64,000 nucleotides of DNA, from positions 104,408,001 through 104,472,000 of the forward strand of contig NC_043005.1 in NCBI RefSeq assembly GCF_006345805.1, in the 5' to 3' direction. Of the stretch, positions 23,841 through 36,830 are shown piece after piece. Position 1 is the stretch's first letter, and each line of letters starts with the position of its first letter. The notes under the pieces were generated by a model. That model did no database searches. It had not been told where the DNA came from and was given only the letters and a program-made list of their open reading frames with translations. The DNA comes from Octopus sinensis (Eukaryota). The translations under genes and the position numbers were made by a program.

Positions 23841-26800
23841 AACGTAGCATATAGTGTTCTATACAGGACAAATTTTGTTGTGTACTTCATATAGTGCGTC
23901 AAGGGTACGTCATGTAGTACATCTGCGACATTTCGTGTATAGAAATTCAAGAGAGGTTATATAGAAATCGTTCCATCAAGGACTAATACATATGATAATC
24001 TTCACGATGAATCGAACCAGAATTGTTCACTCTGATCGCAACTAGATTACCTACCTTACTACTATCGCTTTATGCGCTCGGACCTTAAGGGATGACATGA
24101 CAGATAAAAAAAGAGTAGCAAAACAGAACAAAATTTATTATTATACTATCTTAATGATACGTTCGTAAATATTTGGGAAAAAAACCTATTTTACCAATTT
24201 TCGCTGAACTATTAAAACGTCAAAGTTGACTTGTCTATAAATATTTTTGGCTTTAAATGCTGTTCGACTCTTCCTAACTCCCCTGCCTCAGATACTTTTG
24301 AAAAGCTAAATACGAAACAAAAAAAAAAAAGTAAACTAAAATAAATACCAACATATTTTTAATCGCTTATTCGTCTTTACTGACCTAGATTGGATATAAA
24401 TTTATCTACCTTTATACCCTTCGTCTCCTTTTCCCCTTCCCATCACCTCAATTACATACATGCATATATATAAGCATAATCATGCTTACTAACACGAACA
24501 CACTCACACACATACAAACGTACCTAGTGGAATATACACCTGACTGTGTGAGTACATGTGAGTACATGTATGCATATATGTATGTATATACGTGTGTGCG
24601 TGTGAGTGCGTATGTATGTATGGTTTTCTAGGGGCAAATATGAAATAGTGAAGGGGAGAGTAAGAAAATGAGATAAAAGGTTCTATGTGAAGAAAAAATG
24701 ATGATGATGATGATGATGATAGGGTAGGTGGGGGAATGTAAAAGAAAACAGATAGTTTGAAAGATAGGTAAATAGACGTTTGCAGGCACCACTGCGACTT
24801 ATGCGTATGGAGTCTCTGTGTGTGCATATGTGTGTGTGTATGTAAATGCCTATGAGAGTTTTGCTGTAGCATGTATGTGTATGTATTTGCGTGCGCGTGT
24901 GAATTTCTTTGGTTTTGAGAGAAAGAAGGAGAATAAGTATGTATGTACGTATGTACGTACGATTGTATATATTTGAATAAAGAAAGAAGAAAAGAACATA
25001 AAGACGAAATAAAACACAAAAATATATAGACTACATAGTGGAATAAAAAAATAAGAAATTTAACCCAATTATTCCAGAGGACCAGTGGGATGAGGGGTGG
25101 GATTTGTTGGTCTCTTAGAACACCCAAAGGATCTATTAACTTAAACCAGCCGGAGATTCAAAATATGGGTCATTTTAAGTTCAGGCATTGAATAGCTTGT
25201 TAATCATGACAAGTGGAAATACGGGTAAAAATATCAAATTCCACTAGCAACCTTTTATTAACAGCAAGATAAAAATAAAACAACAACAACTACTAACACA
25301 ATAACAAGGAGAAAAGAAGAGAAAAAATTATAATGAAAAGAAACAATATATGCGTGTGTATATAAGTGTATGTATGTATGTATGTATGTATGTATGTATG
25401 TATGTATGTATGTATGAGTGGATGTATGTGTATGTGTGTCTCATAAAATACTAATAGCAATAAGAATAGCAACAACTACAACAACGATAAGAATAATGAT
25501 AAAGATTTAAAACGAAAGAATACCAAGGAAGGGAGGACAGCAAAATGCCATGGCGTCCATCTTGAAAAATGCATGGTAGCAACCTTTAAGTTCATTTTGA
25601 GGATAAAAAAAATATTTTTTAATGGTTTTTCTATGTATTTACATAACTAAAGGTTGTCGGTAAGAAAGTCTCGTGAAAGTATCATTCACTAATTTTAATT
25701 CTAGACTTCGCACTATTGTTAGTGTTATTTTTACTATTATTTTATTTATCCCACTACCACAGTATGAAATATCAAGGGAGAAATTAAAAAAAAAGAAAAG
25801 AAAAATGGGAAAAGGGAACACTTAACAATTGCTGATTTCAAAGAAATTAATAAAACTCTGATGCAAAGAAAAAAAAAGCGGGTTAAAAGATGCGTTGAAA
25901 GAAATAAAAGAAATAACGACAGAAGAGATAAGAGTAAAAAAAAATGTGGCAAAATTGAATTGAATAAAAAAAGCTAAAGATAACAATAACTTTTGAGCTA
26001 AAGTTTTCAGACATTAAACATTTTTTTCTTCCTATTTTTTTAGGTCAAGAAGCTTTGTTTATTATTCTTCTTTTTCTTTTAATGAGACAAAAAAAAAAAA
26101 AGGATCTATTTTTAATCAAAAAAAAGATCACCTACAGAAATTAGTTTATTTATTTGGTGTAAGCGACTTCTCGCTTTACCGCTTGAAAGACGGATTAAAG
26201 TTTTTAATAAAAAGAATGAGTCGCGTGTGTTTCCTCAAAGTCATGACCTTATTTTAAAGTAAAAAAATAACTTATTAAAAAGTAGTAATTTCTTATAAAA
26301 ATTACTAAAAGAATGACAATATACATTATGAACAATATGTAAACATTCTCAATGTCAAAGTTAAACTTTTAGGAAAATTGTTCCAAATTTCCCAAAAGAT
26401 ATTTAAAAATTGATATTTGAAAATAGTGACAAGCGTTTCCGTTTTCAATTTCTCTTTACAACCCCTAGCTGTGGTATTCGCTTCCTATGATCTCGTGCTG
26501 CGTGAATTCATTCTGACGGGATATCACAGTGTTCTTCAATCCACTACGATATATAATGAATGTTGGATATTCCTACCAAAGCGCACTCAATCAGCTCTGT
26601 TATCAACCTTCTATGATATTGTGACTCAAAATGATCAGCTCAAATGTATTCTTGTGATATTGTCTAGCTGTGATAACGTACTTTTTTTTAGGGTGTATTT
26701 TATATCCCTATGAAGTGAAAATGTGTTCTGATAACCTCTAGCTTTATGAAATTAGCAGATAAGAAAATAAGATTAGTGTATGGATATCGAGCTGGTAGAA

Positions 26801-28082
26801 TCGTTAGCATGTCGGGCAAAACAGGATTAAATTTTTCGAAGTTCTTTTAAACCACTAACAATACAAAACAGCAATGCATTCCTTTACTGAGCACAAAGAC
26901 TATTTCATAAGAAGCAAGAAGGTTTATTTATTTTTTATTTTCTAGTCAAGGGGAAAGGCAGTACTCGCATGACAATTTATGGAACCTCCAAGACAAGGTC
27001 GAAGAAGTTATTCACAAACCAGACACCTCACCGAAATGCTTAGAACAGAACGGGATCGGCAAAAATCATCTAAGGTACCAGGTGGTGGTGTTAAAATGGG
27101 TGATGGACGAAATCTATGTCCCAAAAACTGGAACGGCCCCCTCCAAGTTTCGATACAATTTCTCTGTACTGAATTTCACTCACATGGATTTGGTTAACCA
27201 AAAGCAATTATAGGAGTTAACTGTCTGAGATGTCGTATTGTAGGAGCGAAACCTAAACGATGTAGTTACGAAATTAACTTCTTAACTACGCAACCATGTC
27301 TGTATATATTGCAGCTATAACAAACGGTAACAACAACCGAGACCTAAATTTATTTACTGTGATTTGTTAAAGGATAATGATATCTTACATCCATTCTTAC
27401 TGGGAACGACTTTCAGTGAGGTTAGTGTTTTTGAAACGACATGGACATCCAACCATCCACTAGTTATTGCATAAGCTCATTCAATCTGCCACCATAAGGT
27501 ATATATTTAGAAAATGCTTGATAATTTCTTTCTTCATTAATCAATTAGCATATCAAGAAAATTTGTTTCAGAAAAGACTTCTAGACAACCGGAAATACAT
27601 GGCCTCTGGAGATCATAAAATAAAGGAAGGCGGAAGTGTGTATAGGAAATGAGATGTTGAGTTTGTTGTAGTTAGGGACTAGTGTAAGGATTCCAAGAGC
27701 CAAACTGCTTATATCCTTGGGTTACATTATAATAAGTACTTTATTTATATTTTAATTAATTTATTCTCTAACATACTTAAATATTTACTCATTAACTATG
27801 AAAAAAAAATTCTGTAATGAGGTGGCAATATCAGATAACTGATTTACGATGGATATATGCTACATATGCATATATGCATTGTTGTACAAGAAGGCGCCAT
27901 CATACACACGCACAATGGTACACATGCAGAGCACGTTGTATATGCGCACAATGCTATACAAGTGGAGCACTTCATACGTGTATACACGCATCAATAAAAG
28001 CAACACACTTGCACACAGAAATCTCGCACATATGCAATAATATATATACATACATACATACACACGCACACATGCACACACA

Positions 28083-28121
<39 letters not shown>

Positions 28122-28792
28122 GTACGGAGACTTACATTCAAGACGTTTTCGAGTCAATTCGATGATCACTGCGCGTGTTCAGCTGTTACAAGTCGGGTGC
28201 GCGTGGAACTGTCAACTGCAAAAACACAAAAGACAGAGAAATCTTCCTTTGGTATTCGATCGCAAGGAAAAATAATTCTTTCAGCCTCTTTAAGATCTTG
28301 GTAAAGATCCTATTATGTCTTGCTTTAGATAATATATAGATATACATGGAATATTAAACAAAGAAAATTAAAGGATAGATTGCACAGTTTCTTAGAAATT
28401 AAAATCAAGAGATGTTGTATTTAGGTTAAAATAATTACCTAAAAATTAAAAAGCAAATATAAGCTTTTCGAAAAACCTTAAAAGTTAAAGATTTAAAAAA
28501 TGGAAAATGAATCAAAGGATTGAATATTAATATTAAAAATTAATTCTAAAATTAAGAAGTTGGTCTTATAAAAAATAAGACCTGAAGTTAAGAATTGAAA
28601 ATCAAAATACGATATAAAATTAATTTGTTTTGTCTTTTATTACAATTGTCCAAGGGGTGAGTCCTTATCGCATATATTTTATGAGTTTGCGTTGTGCGTG
28701 TATGCATCAGTATGTAAATCATGTATGTATGTGTGCGTGCATGCACGTATATACGTATGTGTATGCATGTATGTACATATGTGAGCGTATGA

Positions 28793-28843
<51 letters not shown>

Positions 28844-28900
28844 GAGAGATTTATAATAGTATAAAAAGGAATTATAATTTAGGGCATAAAAAAGACCATA

Positions 28901-29016
28901 CCAATGCTGAAAATAGACGCTAAATCGTCAAACCACTTAAAATAATCACTTTTATCGTATCCACTCGCTCGATTTAACGAGTGGTTTAACGATTTAGCGT
29001 CTATTTTCAGCATTGG
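28901..29016. repeat. Short foldback: 37-bp arms (36/37) with 42-bp spacer
   Basis: ccaatgctgaaaatagacgctaaatcgtcaaaccact (28901-28937) versus agtggtttaacgatttagcgtctattttcagcattgg (28980-29016). Confidence 0.9.
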
Positions 29017-29142
29017 CATAATCTCTTCTCTCCTGTTAATTATAACTGTATTTCATGCTATTATAAGTCTCTATATATGAATTCACCTTAATAGGTCTAT
29101 TTTATAAGGTGGCTACTGATAGAATTTTTAACGAGTTCATCC

Positions 29143-29197
<55 letters not shown>

Positions 29198-29209
29198 TAT
29201 GTATATATA

Positions 29210-29291
29210 TTTCTATTCCTGAGCGTTATACTAATACATCTGTTTTGCACACCACCTGTCTTCGTCTTTTATTTTTTTCGTAAACTCTCCC
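29210..29291 (+). mobile_element. Solo 82-bp PLE terminal fragment
   Basis: Near-identical to the reverse complement of 50683-50768; flanked by the direct repeat tgtatatata (29200-29209, 29292-29301). Confidence 0.7.
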
Positions 29292-29326
29292 TGTATATAT
29301 ACATGTGTGTGTGTGTGTGTGTGTGT

Positions 29327-29742
<416 letters not shown>

Positions 29743-29959
29743 ACAATTCTGCAATGTATCTTCTCTACGCAAAGAGAAGCAACGAATTAAACGGTATAGC
29801 TTAAATTATATAGAAAATCAATGATAAAATAATAGATGGAAAAAAGAAACAAACGTATTAAATCCAGATTTGAAGGGAAAGTATAGTTAAAAACGCGAGA
29901 TTCAGGAAATACCGTAGAAGGTACAATATACATCAGCAGAAAATTAGAAAATTACTTGA

Positions 29960-30740
29960 TGACTTCACGAAATCTCTAGGGATGCAACATATTAGAACAA
30001 ACACGCCAGACAACAAATATAGGAATCATGATGTCTTCTGATACAACCTAATCTTCGGTTCACATGTTTCAACCAAGATTGCAATGAAATTTTTTGCTGC
30101 TTTAGACAAATGTTTCCCTAAACAAATAGATACCATGCTATTTGTAATAGGCACACTGTGAAGGTATCTTACGCTAACTCTATTAATCTAGAGCAAGATA
30201 TGCACTGCAATAACAATAGTAAAATGAAGCAACAGTTCAATAACCCACCTAGTGGAAATAGCGAACGTATATATAGCAAAATACCGAGAAAGACGATGTA
30301 AACCATAATGAAAAACACTTGATATGGTCAAATTGTGTTAGCGGAAATAATTGTGATGTAGCTAACACGGTAACTACGTCGGGAAATAAAGTCAGAGCTA
30401 TCATATGTACACATAAATATGAGTGCTCACGCAGAGAAAAATTAAAATGTCCATTCACGATCCTCTGTATGAGTACAAATCTTGCACACAAGATGCTGGG
30501 TGGTGTATGTTTACATTGAGGCATCAGCTGATTCATTCAAGAATCGTTATCGCAACCATGTCGCCAGCTTCAAGAAAATCAATAAGAGAAATTCAACACT
30601 TTTGGCTGATTTTGTGTGTCGACTTATATTATTTTCAGATGTCGACACTGCTCCGAAGAATCCCTGTCTATTCTGCGGACCAATGAGAAAATCATTAATA
30701 GAATTTCGGACAGTACAGTAGGAATGAATTTGAGTAACTG
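29960..30740 (+). mobile_element. Decayed Penelope-like element 3' half (thumb, Cys linker, GIY-YIG endonuclease)
   Basis: HVSTKIAMKFFAALDKCFP, YHAICNRHTVKVSY, CSRREKLKCPFTILC (CxCx5Cx5C with one C>R), YVYIEASADSFKNRYRNHVASFKKINKRNSTLLADFV and PCLFC. Confidence 0.8.
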
Positions 30741-30772
30741 TTAACATAATTCACATTAAGGTATGGGTAAAT

Positions 30773-30844
30773 TAAATTGTGACGTAACGGTGGCGCGTCT
30801 GATTCCTGATCAGAAGGCTGCGTGTTCGAATTACGTGGGGGTCA
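30773..30844 (+). pseudogene. trnW: tRNA-Trp pseudogene (anticodon now reads CCT, 5' acceptor arm destroyed)
   Basis: tgacgtaacggtggcgcgtctgattcctgatcagaaggctgcgtgttcgaattacgtgggggtca differs at 7 of 65 positions from the recalled metazoan tRNA-Trp(CCA) body. A T-tract follows at 30852-30861. Confidence 0.85.
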
Positions 30845-30864
30845 TAAGCTACTTTTCTTTTATA

Positions 30865-31262
30865 GGCGCAGGAGTGACTGTGCGGTAAGAAGCTTGCTTA
30901 CCAGCCACATGGTTCCCGGTTCAGTCCCACTGCGGAGTATCTTGGGCAAGTGTCTTCTACTATAGCCTCGGGCCGACCAAAGCCTTGTGAGTGGATTTGG
31001 TAGACGGAAGCTGAAAGAAGCCCGTCGTATATATATATTCATATATATGTATGTGTGTGTTTGTTATTTGTGTTGGTGCCCCCCCCCAATCACTTGACAA
31101 GCAATGCTGGTATGATTATGTCTCCGTCACTTAGCGATTCGGCAAAAGAGACCGATAGAATAAGTACTAGGCTTACAAAGAATAAGTTTTGGGGTCGATT
31201 TGTTCGACTAAAGATGGTGCTCCAGCCTGGCCGCAGTCAAAGGACTGAAACATTTTAAAGGA
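30865..31262 (+). mobile_element. SINE family D with internal microsatellite
   Basis: ggcgcaggagtgactgtgcggtaag head, cttgggcaagtgtcttctactatagc core and tail shared with 59321-59733. Confidence 0.9.
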
Positions 31263-32044
31263 TTTATGGGCATTTGATTGCACGTGTGCGTGTAAATATA
31301 TGTATGTATATCACATTTTCTCTCGCATTTTACAACTTTAAAATTCAATGTCATTGTTCATTTTACTTTACTATCAATTGAACTTTTTCCTTTAAGTCAA
31401 TAATTGTAATTTTTAAAAACTTTTACACACAGTATTCTAACATTAAAAAAAATTACATATATCTTAAATTGCAAATTCGAATTTTTCTTAAAAATTATTT
31501 CTAAATATAAATTTTGTTTTATTACTTCAATTTTTAATATTTATTTCTGTTTTTAATTTTATTTTTAGTTCATTTTATAATATTTATTTTTAAAAAGTAT
31601 TTTATAATTTTATTAAAAATTTCTGTTTTTAAATATATTCAACTTTTTATGTTTCAATATTTTTTAACCATTCATTTTTAATTTCCAATTTCCAAATTTT
31701 AATTTGCGTTAATTTTTAATGTTAACACTAACTTTTTTATTATTAATTTTCAATATTTATATCAATACATTGTTTGATACAACACATAATAGGATCTTTG
31801 CCAAGATCTTGCAATCATTCTTGAAAGCGTTGTTTCCAGTGAGCGATCTAATACCCGGAGGTGGGGAGGTGTCCACCCACTGGTGGTGCCTGTTTCTTTT
31901 GCTCTTTTTTTTTGTTGCTGATTTTTCGTGGTTTTGTAATTTTGACTTAGCCGAATACATGCGTACCTCAATAATTCACTAAATATTGTACTGTATTTCC
32001 ATTGATTTTGAGGTCTATCACTTTTGTAGTCACACCTAGTTCAT

Positions 32045-32117
32045 TCACATACATACATACATACATACATACATACATACATACATACATACATACATAC
32101 GTACATACATACATACG

Positions 32118-32151
<34 letters not shown>

Positions 32152-32894
32152 CATACATACATACATACATACATACTTACATACATACATACATATATAC
32201 ATGCATGCATGCATACATACATGCATGCATACATACATACATACATACATACATACATACATACATACGTACGTACGTACGTACGTACGTACGTACATAC
32301 ATACATACATAAATACATGCATACATACATACATACGTACGTACGTACGTACATACATACACACATATATACATGCATGCATGCATACATACATACATAC
32401 ATACATACATACATACGTACGTACGTACGTACATACATACATACATACATAAATACATACATACATACATACATGCATACATACATACATATATACATAC
32501 GTACATACATACATACATACATGCATACATACACAGATATATACATGCATGCATACATACATATATACGTACGTACGTATATACATACATACATACATAC
32601 ATACACACATATATACATGCATGCATACATACATACATACATACACACATATATACATGCATGCATACATACATACATACATACATAAATACATACATAC
32701 ATACATTACATACATACATAGATACATACATATATACATGCATGCATACATACATATATACATGCATGCATACATACATACATACACACATACATATATA
32801 CATGCATCATACATACATACATACATACATACGCACGTACATACATACATAAATACATACATACATACTTATATACATGCATGCATACATACAG

Positions 32895-32926
<32 letters not shown>

Positions 32927-32984
32927 CATGCATACATACATACATACATACATACATACGCACGTACGTACGTACATACATAAA

Positions 32985-33018
<34 letters not shown>

Positions 33019-33178
33019 CATGCATGCACACATACATTCATACTTACGTACATACGTACGAATGTACATACATCCATACATACATACATACATACATCCA
33101 TCCATACATTCATCCATACATACATACATACATACATACATACATACATACATACATACATACATACATACACATGTA
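32045..33178. repeat. 1.13-kb compound tetranucleotide array (TACA/TACG/TGCA/TATA/TCCA)
   Basis: Direct reading; source of all M/Y/V/C and H/T/Y/I ORFs in 31968-33273. Confidence 0.99.
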
Positions 33179-33289
33179 TATTACCAGGAGCGGTAGAATG
33201 GCGTAATCTTTGGTGCAACAGAAATACTATGAAGCCCAACTTGGATCTATTCAATCGCAGCCACAAATTTTAAAATTATTTTTTAAAAA

Positions 33290-33712
33290 CTAAACAGTTT
33301 GAAACTGGTTGAAAGTGTCACGTATAACACGGTTTACTCTTAACGTTTTTGACATTCCATATAACGGAACTTTCTGTTTTTCTCACCCACCTTTCTTATC
33401 TTTTCTACTTTTATCCCACCTCTCTCTCTCCCTCTCTCCCTCTCTCCCTCTCTCCTTCTCTCACTCTCTCCCTTTCTCCCTCTCTCTCTCTTGTGACCAG
33501 ATAACCCGGAAGTTGTTGCTCTTCCATTACTTTCGCAAACATCAGTAACTTTTTTCAGCTGAAAACCCGTCATTGACTTGATAAGATTACCCAAATACGA
33601 CGACTTTAACACGAAATAAGTTCTAAAATTCAAAATTTTGTCAAAAACGTTAAGAGTAAACCGCGTCCTACATGACACATTCAACCAGTATCTGAAGTTT
33701 CAAACTGCTTAG
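33290..33712. mobile_element. MITE-like foldback element with internal (CT)n
   Basis: Core TIR 33304-33354 versus 33639-33689 matches 46/51. It extends outward (ctaaacagtttgaaac / gtttcaaactgcttag) across an 8-bp indel. Confidence 0.75.
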
Positions 33713-34505
33713 CTAAAAAAAAAAAATCAATTAAAAAATCGCTTACTGAGATTGAATAGATCCTCCAGCTTTGCCATATATCCTTTCGGGTTCGATGAAA
33801 TAAGTACCAGCTTAGTACTGGGTCGATTCCACTACGTAATCCTCTCTCCTCAAAATAACTACCGTTCAAAATTACCATTTAATTCGTTGTAGAATGCTTT
33901 GATGGCTCCCATGTTTGAGGAATTTAGTAGAATGAGACACAACGGAAAAAGAAGATTCATTTGCTTGTTGGTAGAGGTTTCAAGGCGCCAACCTGGCGGC
34001 GATTAGACACTAAAGCAAAGATACTATCGATGGCTTTGCGGTGTATGTCTAGTCAGTTATAGCGTAAGGAGGAAGCTACTGCAAGTGTAAGAAATAGAGT
34101 TTGAAAGAGATGGAGAAAGAGCGAGAACATGAGGGCGATAAAAAGATAAACAACGAAAACAGTAACAATTATAAGACAATAAAATAGACAGTAGGTCTTC
34201 AGTTCTGTACTTTGGGAGCCCCTCATATAACAAAACAAACAAAATTAGTTATCAGAATACGAAGATAGAAAGTGGTCGGGTAGAGGAAAGGAAAGGACGA
34301 GCGAAAGAGTACAGATATTGAATAAAATACTTTAAATTGACGAACCAAGCGATAGAAATATTTTAATTGAGGTCAAATAATGGTGAACCTTTTACTGAAC
34401 GGGAACGAAAAGAAATTATTTTTTGTTCCTTATATAAATAACAACAGTAACAACGACGATAATAATAATGATGATAATAATAATAATAATATAATAATAA
34501 TAATA

Positions 34506-34543
<38 letters not shown>

Positions 34544-34690
34544 GCCGTTTCTACTATAGGCACAAGGCCTGACATCTTTGGAAGTTGGGGCAAGTCCAAC
34601 TGGTACATTTCATCGACCCTGTAAAGGTAAAAAGTCAAGTCAACCTCGGGGGAATTTGGACTCAGATTGTAAGGACGGACGAAAACACCA
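34544..34690 (-). mobile_element. SINE family C with (ATT)n tail
   Basis: tttctactataggcacaaggcctg...atcgaccctgtaaagg...gtcaacctcgggggaatttggactcaga is the reverse complement of a family C unit; (AAT)n lies at 34460-34543. Confidence 0.75.
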
Positions 34691-34715
34691 AAAGCTTATA
34701 ATGAGGTAGAATGCA

Positions 34716-35150
34716 ATAAGCAATTGCAGAATATGTCGTGACAATGAAGAAACAATTAACCACATTCTTTCTAGTTATCCAGTCTTAACCAATAAATCAT
34801 ACATGCAACCGCAGTATAACCAAGACTTACATACACCAGAAGTTATGCTAGCTCTATGAGAAAAGAGTTAATATAAACTTGCATCGAAAAAGATCTCCGG
34901 AAACGACAAGGCATCCATACTCTGCGATATGCCGATACACAATAAATAGGGGGATGAAGGTAAATTGACCGGATATTGTTGTAAAAAAACCCCAGGAAAA
35001 AAATTCCTAACTGACACTTTCCCACAGAGAATAATGTGCCTCTAAGCAAAATGGAGAAGTTATCCAAATATATAGATCTGGAAATAGAGATAACCATATA
35101 TGTGGCATGAAAACTCTAATATTCCCATTAATAATAATTGCTTTGGTAAT
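34716..35150 (+). mobile_element. R4/Dong-type LINE fragment (CCHC knuckle plus restriction-like endonuclease)
   Basis: NCRICRDNEETINHILSSYPVL, NDKASILCDMPIH and ENNVPLSKMEKLSKYIDLEIEIT. Confidence 0.85.
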
Positions 35151-36699
35151 GACAAAAAGAAAAAGAAAATCTGCAGAAAAATGTATAACGAATACTCTTG
35201 TACTTATAAAAATGCATAGCATATAGAAAATAGCTATTTTCTATATAGTATATCCTATGCACCGCAATAGTATATCCTTTTATGGCACTATTAAACTCAC
35301 TTATCATTTACAGTAGCGTCAATGCATAATAAAAATAATAGTAATTAAATAGAAAGGGAAAGTATTGAAAAGTTTGTCCTCAAAACATCGGCAAACAAAT
35401 TTCTGTTGAAAGGTGTTATAAATGCCCATAGTCTGGTTTTGGTTTGGAAGTTCAGTCGCTTGCTCAAATTCACAGACGTTGCGAGGACAGATTTCTGAAT
35501 TAAATCGAAGGGGGAAAATTGCTGAGATGCAAGATGAGGGAATATGCATGCTGAGAGGAATGCCGAAAAATAGAGGCAGGCAACGAAGTGGAGAGAAAAA
35601 GAGAAAGAGAAAGTTACTAAGGCTACAACTATTCTAAGAGTATTACGGCATTTGCAAAAGTGCGACTCAGAATATCGATATAAAAAATATGAGAAATTAA
35701 GTAGAAACGATAAGAACAGACAACAGGCGTGGAGAAAAAACGCAAAGAGAAATGAAATGAAACGTCGTCTGCCCGACCAGAGATTTTTGAGAGAGATCTT
35801 TTTAAAACCATAAAATAACAAATAAGGAAAGGAACTCTTTCTCCGAGTACAACCTATGTCGATCGAACAAAGGAACTAAGAGGGTAAATTAACCATGGGA
35901 AAGGACTGGTAGTTGGATCTTACGGGCAAGAAATTTATTGAAACAAGAACATTTATTCCCATCTCTACAAAGTATGGCGATCATAAGATATTGATTCTAT
36001 ATGCAGTTACAACAGAATCTACCTTGCAAGCTTTTGTCGTTTCATCTAGTTGAACCTGCATTATGGATGTCAACAACAGAACGGAAGGAAAATACTACAG
36101 TGTCCTGCATGCTTAATTTATCATATACTATAGAATTCTATATGTGTAACAGAGTTGAAAAACTTTGATCAACTGAAATTATTTTTGCAATTCGAAGACG
36201 AAACTTCTTTAATGAGACATTTAAAATCTTGAAACATTAAGCAATGATCCTGGATGTAAGTAGCAGCAAAGACGGATCATTCAATCTTGTGAACGCTTAT
36301 ACGTCCAGTGGAACATGGCCGAATTTCTTTAATTATTAATAATGAGGTATATTTTCTTTACTTTCATACGGATATGAAGTAAAAAGGTAAAAGCATAACA
36401 TTAGCTCACATAAATATAACAACAATTAATGGGGTGATATTATTTGCATGTGTCAGGAACGGTGATGTATGATAGAATCAGTTAAGAACCTGATAAATTA
36501 CTTTACAACATTCAGCATATCTCTTTGTATTTTAAGTTCAAGTCAAACCGGAATCGAGGGACTCTGTTTTTCATTATTTCGGTATTTATCAGTCAGTTTA
36601 CTAGAGACAAACTATGCTCCACCCTAAATGTTTGATGTACCAGTATAATATTGATTTATAACTTGGTTAGAATGTTTGCGTATTGTGGAAGATGTGGTT

Positions 36700-36830
36700 A
36701 CCGTTAATCGCCCCCCCCCCAGTACTTTGTAGTACTTATTTTACGACACAAGAGGTATGAAAGGTAAAGTTAACACTGACAGAATTCGAACTCAGAACCT
36801 AAAAAAATGCAATTAAATATCAAAAGGTAT
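36700..36830 (-). mobile_element. Decayed SINE family C fragment
   Basis: gtacttattttacgacacaagaggtatgaaaggtaaagttaacactgacagaattcgaactcagaac resembles the reverse complement of the family C core. Confidence 0.5.

Noticed and set aside
31968-33273. Many overlapping ORFs of 100-273 aa (MYVC/HTYI-rich)
   Set aside because: Direct translation of the tetranucleotide array, which lacks stop codons in several frames; not genes.
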